Positions 24,558 to 37,345 are shown, counted from the first letter of the whole stretch. The stretch: 57,347 nt of DNA, filler included, from Basidioascus undulatus (GCA_000826855.1; 3 parts of 3 records of this genome joined end to end with filler, not necessarily neighbours in it); one strand, 5' to 3'. Notes: generated from the sequence alone by a model not told the origin. A program made the numbers and translations.

Positions 24558-27085
24558 TCATGCCCGCTTCCCCTCCTCCGCCTGCTCGATGTGCAGCCAC
24601 GCGTTCTCGCCCTCCCTCCTGACCTGCTCGGCCTTCTCCTTGCTGCGCGGCGTGATCTTGACCTGTTCACCCGATGCGAAGAAATGTCAAGAGACCATGA
24701 AAACCCACTGATGCAGCTGAGAACGCACCTTGAAAGGCATAGCGTGCGACACGAAACCAGGCGAGAACTCCATCTTGTTGGGCGGAAGGCCGGGGACGGG
24801 GCCGATGTCAAAGTAGTGGAGGATATTGGCGAAGGTGATGAACTGCAACGTAGGTAAGTATTGGTAAGTTCCGACCAAACACAGTGGCTGCAAATGCAAG
24901 CCACAGCCGTATCGACGCACAAGCGAGCGTTCTCCGACTGTTCGGAAGTGGGATGAGCTTCTGCTGTTTGAGCCACAGGACCCAGGTGAGACTTACCACT
25001 GTAACCGGGGCAGATGCGGCGGGCATATCTATCGACCGCTCGAGGTCAGATATTGCTCATTAAAGGCGGAGCGACAGGCTGATGCTTATGCTTACCCAAA
25101 CGTAAAGTGCCCACGCGGACCGAGGAGCTCGTCGATCGTCTTGCCTTCATTCTCCGGCAGGTAGCGGTCGGGGTTGAAGCGCTCCGGGTCGGGGAAGACC
25201 TCGGGGTCACGGTGGATCGCCCAGCTGTTGCCGATAACCGTCGAGCCCTTAGGAAGGAAGTAGCCCTCGCTGGTAACGTGGCGTCTGACATAAGCTTCCT
25301 GCGCCTGTGCGTATAAGAACGGGACTCACTATGTGTCGTCCTGCGTCAGCTTGTGCGGCACCGCAGCGGGTACGGGAGGCGCCCACCGCCCAACCTCCTT
25401 GGTCATGGCAACGATGCTTGTCATGGTAGCCTCTACGTTAGCTCCCGAGCTCTTCGATGCATATGAATGTGTGCGGGCGGCTTACTAGGGCAGGTCCTCC
25501 ATGTCCTCCCAGGTCGGGGCGCGGTTAGGCCCAACGACGCGGTCGAGCTCTGCGTGCGCCTTGGCACAGACTTCCGGGTAGAGCGACAGGCCGAGGAAGA
25601 GACCGAGGATGGAAGAGGCAGTCTATGTGTCCGAAAAGCGTCAATGGTAGTCCTTCGCACTGGCGAAAAGATGGAGGAAAGACCCACAGTGTCGGCACCG
25701 GCTTCGTACATGGTACCGGTCATGTAGAGGAGGTCAAGGTCTGTAAAGGCGCACGTCAGACAGGCATGAAACAGAAAGGACGAAAGCATGCGCTGAAGGA
25801 CGTACCGTCGAATCCGTACGCCTTCTGGTTCTCGATGAGGTCTGCTCGAGGACAGGGAACGTCAGTGTTTCTCTTTACATTTAGTTCGTGAATGTGACGC
25901 AATTCAACTCACAACGCCCAAAGCACTCCGGGAGCTCGCCCTTCTTCATGCGCTCGCGCACGCCGTTCATGAGCGTGGAGTAAAGCTCGACCTCGCCCTT
26001 GTGCAAGCGCTCGCCGTGCGCCTTCCATGGCTTGAGGAACGACGGGAGGTGGTTGAGTATGGGGAAGGAGTCCACAATGTGCGCGCCCGCATTCGCCGAC
26101 ACCGCCCAGGAGTCGAGGTCTTCCTGCAGCGCGACGGCGACGGCGTCCTGCAGGGACTTGATGCGGCGGTCGACGAGCAGCTGCCTATTGGATTGGGAGG
26201 TGAGGCACATAACATGAAGACTTACGTCGCCATTCTTACAAGATGACGTTGCTGGCATCTGCAGGCGACGAGCGGCAGATGAGCCAAGAGCGACCGCGTG
26301 TCATCAGCCAGAAATGTGACTTACACATCTGCGTGTGCGTCGCGAACTTCTCTGGGGTCTTGAGCAAGCCCCAGATGAGCATCTTCGCCTCACGCTCCTG
26401 CAGCGGTTCGAACATCGCAGCAGCCTTGTCGTGCAGAAGGGTGCGCAGGAACTTCCGCTGGTTGCGCCACTGTGCAGTCCCCCAGCCCGACTGTCAGCAA
26501 TCTGAAAGTATCCACAACGTCCCGAAAAGTCGCACGTGGTCATTGTAGGGCATCAGCACGGTGCGCTTCCCACCACTGATGATCTCAGAAGCGACGATAA
26601 GGCGAGGACGGTCTGTGTTTGAGGTCGCCGTGTCAGTTGTATCGTTGAAACGCAAGGTGATGCCGGACGCTGCGCACCCGAGTAGATGGCCGACTTCTTC
26701 TCCGTAAGCGCGTTGGCTGCCTTGACAGAGTTGATGACAATAACATCCGAACCTCCCAGCTTGAGATGCATGATTTCGCCTGTTTGAGGGGACTGCGTGA
26801 ATCTCGTGCGTTTCCGCGTACAGGCGCTGAAATCTGGAAAGTGACTCCAGCGCGCGTTGAGCGAAACGCAAACTCACCGTACGTCTTACTCCACTCGTGG
26901 AAGATCCGCCAGCTGAACTGCTTTCCAGCCATGAGGTGGGTGTGCCCGATAATGGGCAAGCCGGGCGGGCCAGGAGGGAGGCGCTTCCCCCGGCGAGAGG
27001 AACTGAGGTAGACAACGGCAAGCAGCGCGGCCGCGAGCGCGGCAGCGCCGAGGACTTTGGGGTCGTAAGATTGGAAGACGTTCAT
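24558..27085 (-). CDS. Cytochrome P450 (group-E/CYP64-clan-like, multi-exon)
   Basis: N-terminal anchor followed by [13 protein letters not shown]-helix EAGADT|T; ExxR (KEVGRW); FNPDRY; heme loop [10 protein letters not shown] assembled across an intron; microexons present. Confidence 0.93.
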
Positions 27086-28439
27086 TCGTTCGGGTTGCTA
27101 TTGTGAGTTTTGATGCGGCATGTAATTTTGGTAAAGAAAGGGAGAAAGCAATGAGGAGTCGAAGAGAGCAGTGGGCTCTTTATAACAACCGTGTTTGAGA
27201 GGACAGTGCGTAAAACATGCTCCGGCTTCGTCGTCACGCTGCCAAGGGGCACCTCCACTCGCCCAGTGGCACTTCGCCGGTTCTGACACCTTGCTTTCAG
27301 GTAGCGAAGGCCCACAGAGCCTTCGTTGATTGTAAGGTTTAAGCGATAAGAGTCACGTAGGTGCGACGCGCGAAATGACCCGGGATCTGGTGACCTCGCT
27401 GGGTTTTGCCATGGAGCAAGCCCAACAATTGAGCGATCGAGCTACAATCATCGGCTTCTCGAAGCTGCAAGTCTTGACTTCATTATTGCTGTAAGTACTA
27501 CTCATATTGACACCTACAAAACACATGACGGTGGGCGGTTCCTCCACCGAGAGGAAAGTATGGAAGACACGTGAAAGCAATCAAAGCCAGCGGCAGAAAG
27601 GTTCTTACATGGTTGCTGTTCGCAGCGACTCATGGGATCCTACAGACGGTTCAAAATCTTCATATTATCGTAGGGTGTCATGCGTACGACGCACCGAACT
27701 GGCCTTAGATGTCTGGAACAGATTGAAGTCCGACGCACAGGCCTAACTTGGGTGCATCGTGCACCCACAAGGGTTTCTTGCAACCCAGACATTTCCGAAC
27801 CAGAATGAGAGGAAGTCCATTATTAGTGTTACGAGACTGAAGAGCTGTAATTCATTGAACCAAGCAGGTCCCGAGGAAAAATGCAGTCTACGGGCGCGAA
27901 CATGGGTGCGGTCGCCAGGTACGTAATGGAAGGCGCAAATTTGAATGAGAACTACTCGCCTGCAGCTTGACGAAAGGCAGGGTGAAGAACTGCAGAAATC
28001 AAGCATTCTTATGGATTTTTATGACTTTTCACGGAAAGTGGTCGGATTAGATAGTGGTACAGGCAGAAGGTGCGCATGCAGAGCTCTGGGCGGTGAGACG
28101 AACAAGTAGATGGACGGCCAGTGGTACCAAGCCGCCAACGCTCGTTTGAATCACAAGCTGGTATTTTGACACGGAAAGTTTCTCATCAAGATATGCTTAC
28201 TTGTGATCCAAAAGAGTCGGAGGTCTTTTCGTTCAATGGTCCCTTTTCTGTCCCAAAAGCCAGTCGGTCGCGCTGCTGAGTGCGCTGAACCCGAGATGGT
28301 AAGTCCGCAGCTGCGTATCCTGCTGGGATGATACTGAGCGGCCTCTCTTCGAATAGCGCCCGGGGCCCCTTCCAGGCGACGTGATGCTCTTGGTTCTCTG
28401 TCTATTCTTCGAACCGCCTCGGCACACGTATTGCCTATT

Positions 28440-29000
28440 CGTGCTGCGCCCTCACGCACTCCCCCCAATATTATTCTTTGGCTCTTATGCTCTGCCAATA
28501 CCCGCTTCTTCTAAGTCTCACGCTCGATCGTCTCGTCCTCATCTGCCGCGAGCTGAGCCTCCTCCCCAAGCTCACGTACCTCCTGCAAGCCGCTGCATCA
28601 CTGCGCGTACTCGAGTTTCAGTTGTACGACATCGGCTATATCGATAAAGTCGAGCTGAAGGTTCTTGGGGAAAGAATACTGTACGACTTCTCGAGCATGC
28701 GGCGCAGGAGGTTGGACGAGCTCCGGCACTCCTGGTCCGTCTTTCCTCTTCTCCTGCGGCACTTGGGCATCGAGGAGTGCGTCGTCGCACAGCAACCCTG
28801 CCATTCTGCAGATCGTTGACGGCCTGACTGGCGCGCCTGGGCTCAAACGCTTCTTTATCCGTCTGACGTCCTGCCAGACGCTCCGGGACCTCATGCTGGA
28901 CGGAAGAGGTCGGCGATCGCGGCTGCGTGCTCGGCCTTTTCCCCGACATGTTTTGATCGTCGACATCACCTGCATGCAAGGCGCTTGCGGAAACTCGCGG
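28440..29000 (+). pseudogene. Degenerate LRR/F-box-type relic
   Basis: Fragments LPKLTYLLQAAASLRVLEFQL, LLRHLGIEEC and LTSCQTLRDLML lie in different frames. Confidence 0.3.
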
Positions 29001-30338
29001 AAGGCGCGACCAAGTTTGGAACCCTAATCAAAGCCACCAATTCCATGTCCGCGTCGCCGATAGCGATGACACACTGAGGCGCAGCGGCTGCAGAGGGAAC
29101 GCGACGTGAGGGATGCTATATTGATTGCAGGCTGGGAGGAAGGTGCGCTCTTGAACCGCCTTCTCCAACTTGTTTTTGAGTGGTAACCCTTCCGTATTCT
29201 TTAGCTGAGGGTTGAGCGCGGCGGTGAGGGTGCACAAGCTTTGTGGGGCACGATGTTTAACTTGCATCTTGTGCTTTGTATGAACGACCTTTGCACGTGT
29301 GTTGCGTGTTGCTGGATCGCATACGATGTTTTGCAACATCTAGAGGCTGGTCGTCTGGCCCTTTTAACTGTTTCTGAAGTCTGGACACCCTGAACAGACA
29401 GTACTCAAATCTGTCCCGCTTCATGTCTTACTTAAATTTGTCGAGGACTTTCTTCTACAGTATGTCTTCGAAGAACATGCAAACATGTACTACAATTCCT
29501 AAGCCTAAAAGACGAGTTTGAACAAAGCCTATGCTTGTTCCGCAGATGCCATTCCCTAATAATTCGCTGCTTGTATGGTTCCTCGGTTCGCTCCAACATG
29601 TCCCGCCCACAAAGCGACAATTTGGAACGTCTTTTTGAAGTTCATTCCTTTTTCAGAAGCCTTCGTTCCTTTTTCAGAATAATACGATTCATATCTGAAC
29701 TTGAACATGAGATGATGTGCACTTCTTATGTATCACTGCGATGCTGCCCGTATTTCACGTCACGTTGTCGACAGAAGCTCGCTCAGTCAACACAGCCAGG
29801 TCATATCTGGATCATGCCTAAGACAACCAAAACTGAGGGACGTGCCCGAGTTGATCTCAGGGTCTTCAGGCGTGCGCAAGCTTCCAAACTGCAGGTGCTA
29901 CAACATGCCGATGTTGCCTATGCCGCTTTTACCGCGACAGCAGGCGGGAGGCGAGGAATTGGGCGGCATTTCACAATCAATTCCCTAGCATGGGATCGCT
30001 GGCCCTGGAGGTGGAAGGTCGAGATTCATTTGAGGCTCGTCGCGATGTGGAGAGTATCGGGTCGCCGTCGTACAGCCCCTTCATCGTAACCCAAATGGGT
30101 CAAGGGGGACAAATCCTGCCTGCATGTGTTTCTATGTGGATTGGTGAGATTTATAATACTCTGACAACCAAAATCGCCATGGTGAGTCATGGCGTATCAA
30201 TTGCTCGTCAGTTCCAGGAGCTGTAGAGATCAAAGAGCCGTGCTGTCTCGTTCGCGGTGCCTAAAAACGCACTTTGTAGTCCAAAACATGATTCCTGGCC
30301 TGCGCATGGATAAAAACGAAAATAAACGTCAAAAGAAA

Positions 30339-30400
30339 TGGACATATCCGGAATTGAACCGGAGACCTCCTCCACTCAGCTAATGCTAAGAAGGCGTGAT
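30339..30400 (-). tRNA. tRNA-Ala(AGC), 5' end cut by the contig gap, with a 9-nt intron
   Basis: Minus strand reads ATCACG-CCTTC-TTAGCA-[TTAGCTGAG]-T-GGAGG-AGGTC-TCCGGTTCAATTCCGGA-TATGTCC-A, followed by the Pol III terminator TTTCTTTT. Confidence 0.88.
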
Positions 30401-30500
30401 NNNNNNNNNNNNNNNNNNNNNNNNNNNNNNNNNNNNNNNNNNNNTTAATTAATTAANNNNNNNNNNNNNNNNNNNNNNNNNNNNNNNNNNNNNNNNNNNN
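30401..30500. other. Artificial contig linker (N44-TTAATTAATTAA-N44)
   Basis: Same cassette as 15175-15274. Confidence 0.97.
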
Positions 30501-30582
30501 TCGAGAACGGCGCCCGAGTCTGTCCATGGATTGGACTGAAGCCGCACTCGTACGGTGTTACTTTTTCGCTGTCAGGCCGGTG
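30501..30582 (-). other. nad3: nad3 (NADH dehydrogenase subunit 3) segment in nuclear context (NUMT or nuclear gene), truncated by the gap
   Basis: [27 protein letters not shown] matches the ND3 TM1-TM2 loop signature (EKxxxYECGF) and the basidiomycete-type GQTRxPFS. Confidence 0.85.
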
Positions 30583-31965
30583 TAAGACAGACCGATGAAG
30601 TTGCTGACAAAGGAGCTTGGGGGTGATGGCCATGTCGAGGCCCATATCCGAGAAGAAGCGGTGGGCTAAGAAAAATGGCACTACCAGCCCGATGATGATT
30701 GTCACGGGTACTGTCATGTGTGACAACACTGACAACACTGAATGAGCAAACTGCTGTAAGGTGCTTTGAAAATGAGAGCGCACCAATGAAGTAAGGTCCT
30801 CTGGGTCTATACTGGAAGTTAAGCAACAGGTGAGCTGTAGTTGAGTTTCGCTCTGAAGGATTTACAAACCATGGAGTTGCGCACCCCTGTTTTAACAAGT
30901 CAGCGTCCCTCTTTCACTTCGTCTACGTCATGAATATAACAAACCAGGTTAAGGCCTTCGCGTTACTGCTCTGAACGCTCCGGCCCGACCAGATATTGGT
31001 TCCTTGGACACTGAGCTGTGCACCAGAAGGGCTCGTTCAGCTGCATGCACCAACAAACTGCTCCAGAATGCATAAACAGTACCAGTATATCCCTATGCGA
31101 ATACACGATCGTCTTCATCATACGTAGTTAATCAATGTGCCAACTATGGTGCCCATGCATTGAACACCAAACCTGATCTCCGAAGGTCAGTCACGCAGGG
31201 GCAATGGTGGATGGAGGAATGGAACAGACGTGGCGCGGGGAGGGAGCTTTGTGTCCGTTCACATTCAGTCAATAATTGTGTGGAAAAGTACGACAGGATA
31301 AGACTTAACTGTCCAAGCTTGAGGTCTTGGAAAAGATCTAGGGCTTTGCTCGCGGTTGTCGCGCCGTGCAGCTGGGAAGAACGAAGGATACAGGTCCCTC
31401 CGCGCACAAACAGTCGTGCCTCGCGTACAAGCATATCTGACTTTACGGATCGCATGAAAACAGAGAGTACATGATGGACACTCTCGGAATCGTCCCACTC
31501 GCCGTCTCGGTTCGAGATGCGGACACGCAGCAATGGAAAGACGCCTGTGCATGTACGAGCTGAGCGTGGAGGGTCTGTCTGACTTTCGGCTCTTCCCTTC
31601 CCCTTGCCTGGTACCAAGTGTAACTTATATCCCGTGGCAAAATTAATTCAGCACTGCTTCTCATCGCCCTATCAGCCGCTCTCGCAACCCACGCGCTCAT
31701 TTCGCGCCTCGCTCAAGGACGCCCTCTTTCCTCAGCGCGACCCGTCCCCTTCCCGGCCCCGGTCCTCTCCCGCGCCCGATGATTTCCTCCCCAGCCCTCT
31801 CCTCCAGTCGAGTCGGTCCTTCAAAGGGATGCGCTTAATCGCGCTTGGCGGAGGTGCGGGAGGCCATGCCAGGCATGCTTCAGGCGCGGTTCGAGCCTGG
31901 AAGAGGGGCGAGGAGCAAAGAGGATGCGGCTATAGTGGCGCTGACTGCATTGAGGTTTTGTTAAT

Positions 31966-32002
31966 TATTAAATAATGTTATTAAATAATGTATTAAATAA
32001 TG
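31966..32002. repeat. AT-rich tandem repeat, about three copies of TATTAAATAATG
   Basis: tattaaataatg-t-tattaaataatg-tattaaataatg within GC-rich flanks. Confidence 0.85.
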
Positions 32003-32883
32003 ATCTGCCGGGAAGAGGTGTAGCTTGCGTGGAAAGGGGGCCGTGTGGCAGCAGAGGCAGCTTTGATGGACGCTCGCTGCTGGGAGGACCCTTGGTACGC
32101 CGATGACGAAGGCTGGGAGATGTCTGTGGTTAAGGCTTCACGAATCCATGTAAATCATGGGGGGATCCCGGAGTAAGGAAAACGTCAAGTCTAGGATGAA
32201 GAGGCGCGAAGCGACTGGAAACGGCGTGTGCGGACCTGCGACAAGCGGCGACAGCCTTCCTTAACGAGATACGGGAAGAGGTATAAAGCGGTTGTGTAAT
32301 TTTTGGGATGATGACTTTTAGAGGGGCGTGACAAGCAACTGACAAGAGTTAAAGTAGCAGGGGGTCAGGCTGCTCGTCAGCGGAAGGATCACTGGTCTTG
32401 GAAAAACTGCTTCCTCTTCTGCTCTTTCCTAGTCTTCCTTAGCTCAGTTCAATTGAAATTCGGAAACTTTCATCCAAAGTCCCACTACCTGTATTGTCTT
32501 CCGGTTGCGGGTACCGACGACGCTGGTTTGGCAGATTGCGGAGGACTGCCTGTCGCGGTATGCCGCGGGAATAGGCACACCGCTCTGCTTGAACTGTACC
32601 GTACAATAATTTTTTATCACTGAACAATATCCAAAACGGCCTTACCTATTGCGTGGACAATGTGCGGTGGCAGCGGCGGTAAACAGTGCCTGCATCCGTG
32701 CCCGTCCACGGACTGTCCTTATCGTTGACACGTGCCTGATTTCACCCGACGGACGCCCTCATTCGCGCCTTCCTGCCAGTCCACGCCTCGATCTGTCTCT
32801 GTTACTTTCTCTCTCTGTATTCCCCCATCATCAAGACCGGAACTGCTTCGGATAATTCTGTGTTCCCGTTCGACGCGCCCGAG

Positions 32884-34436
32884 ATGCTGCAGGCGCTTCT
32901 CCACCTAGGCCACCGCTACACGCGCTGGTCGCTGCAGACCTACGCATCCTTCTCCCCGCTCGCAAAGACCCTCCTCTGGGCGCTCGCGCTCCTCCACGTC
33001 CTCGCGCTGGCGTTTGTCATCTGGGTCACGCCGGATGCGATATTTGGTGAGTAGGGAAGGGAATCGGAGGACGACAGACGGGAGGCCCAGCTGACGGGCG
33101 TTGTCATGGACAGCGTATTTCGCCCAGCTGGCGGAGAGCTTGCGGGAGATGCAGTATGGGTGGGCTTGGTTGGTCGGCGCGCTCAGTGAGTGATTTTCCC
33201 TATCTGGTATAAGAGGAAGGTCTCCAGAGCTGAATGTTGTGATGCCGGGCAGTCGTCGCGTCTTTCCCCCCGCTGTTTGGCTATGGAACGGCCGTGACTA
33301 TGTCAGTCTCCTCTTGCCTCCTGCACAGGGCCGTTCAACTCACCCCATACCCTTTCCCCATCTAGCTGCGGCTTCACCTACGGCTTCCCGGGCGGGTGGT
33401 ATCCTGTGCGCTTCTTTGGTCCACCCTATCGCGCTCCTCCACACTCACGTCCCCGCTTCAGGCCGCCCTCGGCGCGATCCTCGGCGCCCTGCTCTCGTTC
33501 CTCTTCTGCCGAGCGCTACTTGGTCATGGCCCTATAGGCCGGCACTTTTCGAGTTGGCTGTCTGACGCACGCTGGGTAGCCCTCGGCGAAGCGATTGTGC
33601 GTCCCCTGTTCCACCTCTCCCTCCCTTGGCCAACTCCTCCGTCTGAACATCTCCCCCTCGCAGCGCTCCAAGGGCCTCCCCCTCATCCTCCTCCTGCGCC
33701 TGTGCCCCTTCCCTCCCTGGGTGTACTCCAACCTCCTCTTCGCCTCGCTTCCCTCCGTGCCCCTCCCGCATTTCCTCTTCGCCACTGCGCTTATCACGCC
33801 CAAGCTCCTCCTCCATGTCTGGATCGGCTCGCGCATCTACGTCCTCTCCTCGCCCGACTCGCGCGGCGAGATGGACACCCTCACGAAGGCACTCAATGTG
33901 CTGTACATCGTGCTGGGTGTGGCGATTAGCCTGGGTACGGGCTGGTACGTTTACGGACTGACCGTGAGCCTCTTGACCTCTACTTTCTGCGGTGTGGTTT
34001 CCGATCTGAAGTTCATCGCAACCTGCAGATGAAAGAAGTGACCCGCACCCTCCGGCATGACCCGAACTCCGCCGCGCTGGCCGACGCGCTCGAAGAAGAT
34101 GCGCTCCTGGGCCCCGCCTCCGCCTCGTCCTCAGTCGAGCATCTCCCCCTCCCCACCACCACCTCCTCCTTCAACCGCGGCGCGGCGGCGGACCTCGAGT
34201 CCGGGAACGCGACGCCGCTCAAGACGCTGGCGTCCCGCGATGAGCACAAAGACGACGAGGAGGAGGCGGATGCGGAGGACGGGTTCGCGGCGTGGGATGA
34301 TGAGGCTGAGTGGGAGGGGGACGATGCGGATCTGGAGAGGAGGATTCGGGATCTGGAGGGCGGGAAAGGCGCGGAGGCGCCGGTGCAGGATGAGAGGGAG
34401 GAGCAGAGAAAAGGGAAGGGCAGCAGACAGGATTAG
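32884..34436 (+). CDS. TVP38: TVP38/TMEM64-like SNARE-associated Golgi (VTT/DedA domain) membrane protein
   Basis: SFPPLFGYG, CGFTYGF, LILLLRLCPFPPWVYSNLLFAS, FLFATALITPKLLLHVWIGSRI; several transmembrane segments, acidic C-terminus, canonical introns. Confidence 0.9.
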
Positions 34437-35919
34437 TGGAGCGGGCCGACGGTGGGGCGTGACGACGGCTACGAGGAGTCCGAGGGGTGGAAAGCATAGA
34501 GTCCTGTATAGCGTTCAGGTCGGCGGTCGATCGCGCGCACGGTTTGTGCCGGCGTAGCCAGATACGGGACAGACAAGCCGTCCAGATCAATGGCTGGGTC
34601 CTTTGGCACAAAAGTAATGCTGCCTTTGGTACACATGGTTAAGCGTGTTTGTGGCTGTGCGTACGCGCTTTAAGAACCCGCCGCCCTTCCTGGCCTGCTG
34701 CAAGAGCCTGACTGTTGCAACGTCGCAGTCGCTGTGGAGGGGACTTGCAGGGTGATATGTCCATAAGCCCCCACAACTCTCAGGATATAAACTTGTCCCT
34801 AGATCGATTCATAATCTGAAGGTAAGGGTGCAACTCAAGGAGTCGAGAAGCAGGTCACGTCGCCCACGCACCTTAGATTTCGATATCGACCGCGGCTCCA
34901 CCGCCACTTGCTCGGGCAAAAGCTCAACCTCCTCGTCCAACAACCCCCTGAAGGCGCAAGCGGCCCCGTCCAACCCCGGCAGCATGCTCCCCGTCGACAT
35001 TGTTGCGACGTCCGTCCACCCCGCGAACGCCATGGCCGCGACCGTGGCGTACTACCAGCCGATTATGGAGCGGAGCTCTCCAGACGAGTACATCTGCACA
35101 TCTTGCAACAAAGCAGACTTATGAGTATGATTTGATGGCCAGCACGGTGGCGTTGGTTTGTGGGGCTCATCGTGGCTTCCTCAGTCCCGGCACCGGCGAC
35201 GAGCAGGCGCGCTCGTTCGTACTGCACGTTGAGGAGTGCATGATGAAGCAGAAGAAGGATGTTAAGGGGTAGGGGACACCTGCTAGAGTTTGTTATTGTA
35301 GAGCAGGGCTGTGAATTGGGACAATCTGAGACGAAGGGTCCGACACTACGGACGTACCCTCCGTTGTCCAGCTCTTCTTTCGCTCTTGCTCCGGTACTGT
35401 AAGATAGAAAAAAGGTGCTGGACAGTGATAGGGCTTCTGCTATGATCCCGCTACCATGAGGGAGAGCCGCATCGTAGACCGTGGGAAGGACAGAGGCGGC
35501 AGCTGCGGGACTGCTCTGTGATGGCGACGGGACTGCGGCTGGAACAAGTGGACTCAGTTGGCTGTTGTTATCCAAACAGATATAGAGACACGGGTATGCT
35601 GCGTTGTAAGAGGAGCGAAGCAACAGGCCTGGGTGTAGGGCGACCCGGGTGGACGGTTTCGACGTCGCTGAGAGGCGGTTGACAGAGCGCGCTTTAGTAG
35701 GCTTCCGAGAGGCATAGCTATAGGCAACTGCCATTCTAATGAAGCTCTGCCAAGGCTTGTACAAGGTGGCGGGACCTCAAAAAAGGGATAAAGCGAGCAG
35801 CCGAGCAATTGTACGCGCGCGCGGGTGCGTTGACCCAGGTTGCCCTGCTCATCATCTTGTCCACCACCTTCCCTGAGCCTCACATTACCTTCCAAATCTT
35901 GATCCCAGCGCCTCCGGAC

Positions 35920-37202
35920 CTCCATCATTGATCGCCTTCCAAACGAGCTGCTCAGCCACATCTTGGTGTTCGTCGCTCAGGACCAAGCGAGTTATTACCG
36001 CGCTGGTCGCCCTCGTACGGCAAGCACGAGGACCTCTGGATGCTGAACGTCATGCTAGTCTACAGTCAATGGAACTTAAAGGCTTCAACTTACTTCCTGC
36101 AGCATAGGATTCAGTACTGACAGGAATCGCTAATCACTCGCGGCCCCATTCCTTCAGCGGAACATGGTTGTCAGCATCAAGCACCTCGAGGGCTTCGCCT
36201 ACCTCGTTCGTCGCCACCTCCTCCTCAAGCATGTGCCAATTCAGAAGCTCCTTTTCGTCTTCGAGGATGACTTCGACTACATGCTTCCTCGTGATCTGGA
36301 CGGCACCATCCTTTCGACTCTCAACTTCGTCACCGCCGTCCGCTGCCTTTACGTTCACGACAGATCCGACAGCGACGAATCGTCTGTTGGGATGCGTCTC
36401 GTCGCCGGGATATCCTTTCATCCCGCGCTTCACTCTCTAAAGGACTTGTCTCTCGACGTTACAGCCGCCTTCGATGTGCTCATTCCGAGCCTAAATTTTG
36501 GTTTACCACCCTCGAGGAGCTCCGTCTTGGACTATACAAACGGCATGGACGCGAAGGAGAAGCGGGTAATCCTTCAATTTCCATAGTCCTTGATTTACCC
36601 TACCTGTGCGACCGATTATCAGCAGGCAAGGCGGCGGATTGGCAGCAGCCGCTTCTCCAGTGCATGGGCTCTTCGAGGCTGCCGGTTCTCCGTTCTTTCA
36701 AGCTTTGGTTGAGCAGGCAGGAACCACACACGCCCTTCTTGAGAGGATTGGCTTTCGCCTCGAGAAGTTTCGCCTGTTTTCGACCGAGCCTTCCTGCCCA
36801 ATCAAGCGTCTCTCCGAGCTGTGTTATTCGCTCAAAGTGTTCTCCCCGCCTGCCTTCAGTTGGCGCCAGGTTCTGTCACTCACAGCTTGAAACGATCGAG
36901 CTCTCTGGAAAGGACGACCTACGCAAGGCAACGAGGAGTGCTTTGAAGTCATCTTCTCTTTCGCTGACCATCTGTCAAAAGACCAAATTCTAGCTTTTCG
37001 GGACATGCACAGAGGGTTCAAATGGGAGCCTCCGGGCCCCCGATGTCACCCCGGCAGGTGGGAGGACGGAAAGAACGTGAAAGCCGCGCCCTACGTCGCC
37101 CGTCTCGCTGCCGTCCTGGGGAAAGTGGGCTGCTCTTTGATCAGCGGACGCGAGGGCAAAGACCTGCTCTTACTGCGCGCCGACCCCGAGTGCTCTATGT
37201 AA
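35920..37202 (+). pseudogene. F-box protein relic
   Basis: SIIDRLPNELLSHILVFVAQ (F-box start motif), followed by stop-interrupted LRR-like pieces (LHSLKDLSLDV, LETIELSG). Confidence 0.5.
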
Positions 37203-37266
37203 CGCCCCAAAAACTTGGATAGGCCCCCACCCAGGCCTTTGTGGCGAATGCAAACCGAAAAAGTTA

Positions 37267-37345
37267 TGACAGGAGTGGGATTCGAACCCACGAACCGAAG
37301 ACTAGCACCTGAAGCTAGCGGATTTGACCACTTTCCTATCCTGCC
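37267..37345 (-). tRNA. tRNA-Leu(CAG), intronless
   Basis: Acceptor GGCAGGA/TCCTGTC-A, D-loop AGTGGTCAA, anticodon arm CTAGC-TTCAGGT-GCTAG, T-arm GTGGGTTCGAATCCCAC, downstream TTTTT terminator. Confidence 0.93.

Noticed and set aside
37267..37345. CUG codon reassignment via tRNA(CAG)
   Set aside because: The tRNA has Leu identity features (A73, G37), and CTG aligns with conserved Leu in Prp8 (for example NRLLRL).
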